From Leucoraja ocellata (lineage: Eukaryota), in the NCBI GenBank assembly GCA_036785375.1, contig JAWMAR010000391.1, forward strand, positions 1,116,001 to 1,180,000: 64,000 nucleotides of DNA, written 5' to 3'. Below, one piece after another: positions 63,546-64,000 of the stretch. Both the position numbers and the translations under genes were made by a program. The notes under the pieces were generated by a model. That model ran no database searches. It was not told where the DNA came from and saw only the letters and a list, made by a program, of their open reading frames with translations. The stretch's first letter is position 1, and every line of letters begins with the position of its first letter.

Positions 63546-64000
63546 AATGAAACAGAATTCAACTTGTTGTCACAAATACTCAAACTTGTGAACTTCAAAG
63601 CAGTAATGGCACCTCACACGGGTAATGCACAAAAGAAGGTTTATTTAGATACTGACATCTGCCTTTGCTGTGCGTTTTCTCTCCAGATAAGCAGGGATGC
63701 CAGTGCATTTATCAGCTATCATCCCACCACCAGCCTCTTTAAATTGCTCCATGCCTGAGCTCCCCAATAAGTCCCAGTGATGAAAGTGATGCAGCTGACC
63801 TGGCAACAGCACTAGAGGTGACCTGAGCTACAGCGGGTTTGAAGCCAGCTGTAGGTTTATTTTCTGTGTTAAATATAACTCCTCTTCAGTGGCCTTTCAC
63901 TTCACCTCAATTATGACCTCTGTGAAAGATCACAGGACACAATCAGGCTGCTAATCTCTTAAAAGCAATGCTTCCTTTCTGTGTATCAATGGCATTGATG

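Noticed and set aside
54600-64000. Expected neighbouring gene (PYGO1 follows PRTG in human)
   Set aside because: No CpG island, PHD-finger exon or other coding signal seen in this interval.
1-64000. Prokaryotic-type systems (CRISPR arrays, operons, defence islands)
   Set aside because: Sequence is spliced vertebrate DNA; recurring repeats are dispersed SINE/LINE/PLE copies, not regularly spaced arrays.

Overview
Vertebrate genomic DNA, most likely from a cartilaginous fish (skate/ray-like). The inference rests on its repeat landscape: HE1-type V-SINEs, CR1, L2, Rex1 and Penelope-like elements. The window holds the 3' part of a + strand protogenin (PRTG) gene: 12 coding exons from 1296 to the stop at 48898, encoding FN3 repeats, the transmembrane helix and the intracellular tail. 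All exon phases are consistent, and there is one 30-kb intron. An inferred ~5.6-kb 3' UTR follows (to ~54560), then intergenic repeat-rich DNA. The most notable signal is in the 3' UTR. It carries seven miR-9 seed sites plus let-7, miR-125 and Pumilio sites. One miR-9 site (52630-52664) can pair with miR-9 nt 1-21 across a 14-nt target loop, an architecture reminiscent of a target-directed miRNA degradation trigger. Other points: Penelope-derived fold-back insertions and hammerhead-like cores, an uninterrupted Rex1 RT frame, a shared LINE 3'-end stem-loop architecture, and a possible re-splicing signal at the transmembrane exon. All family and miRNA assignments are from recall, not database searches. 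Almost all listed ORFs outside PRTG and the retroelements are spurious.
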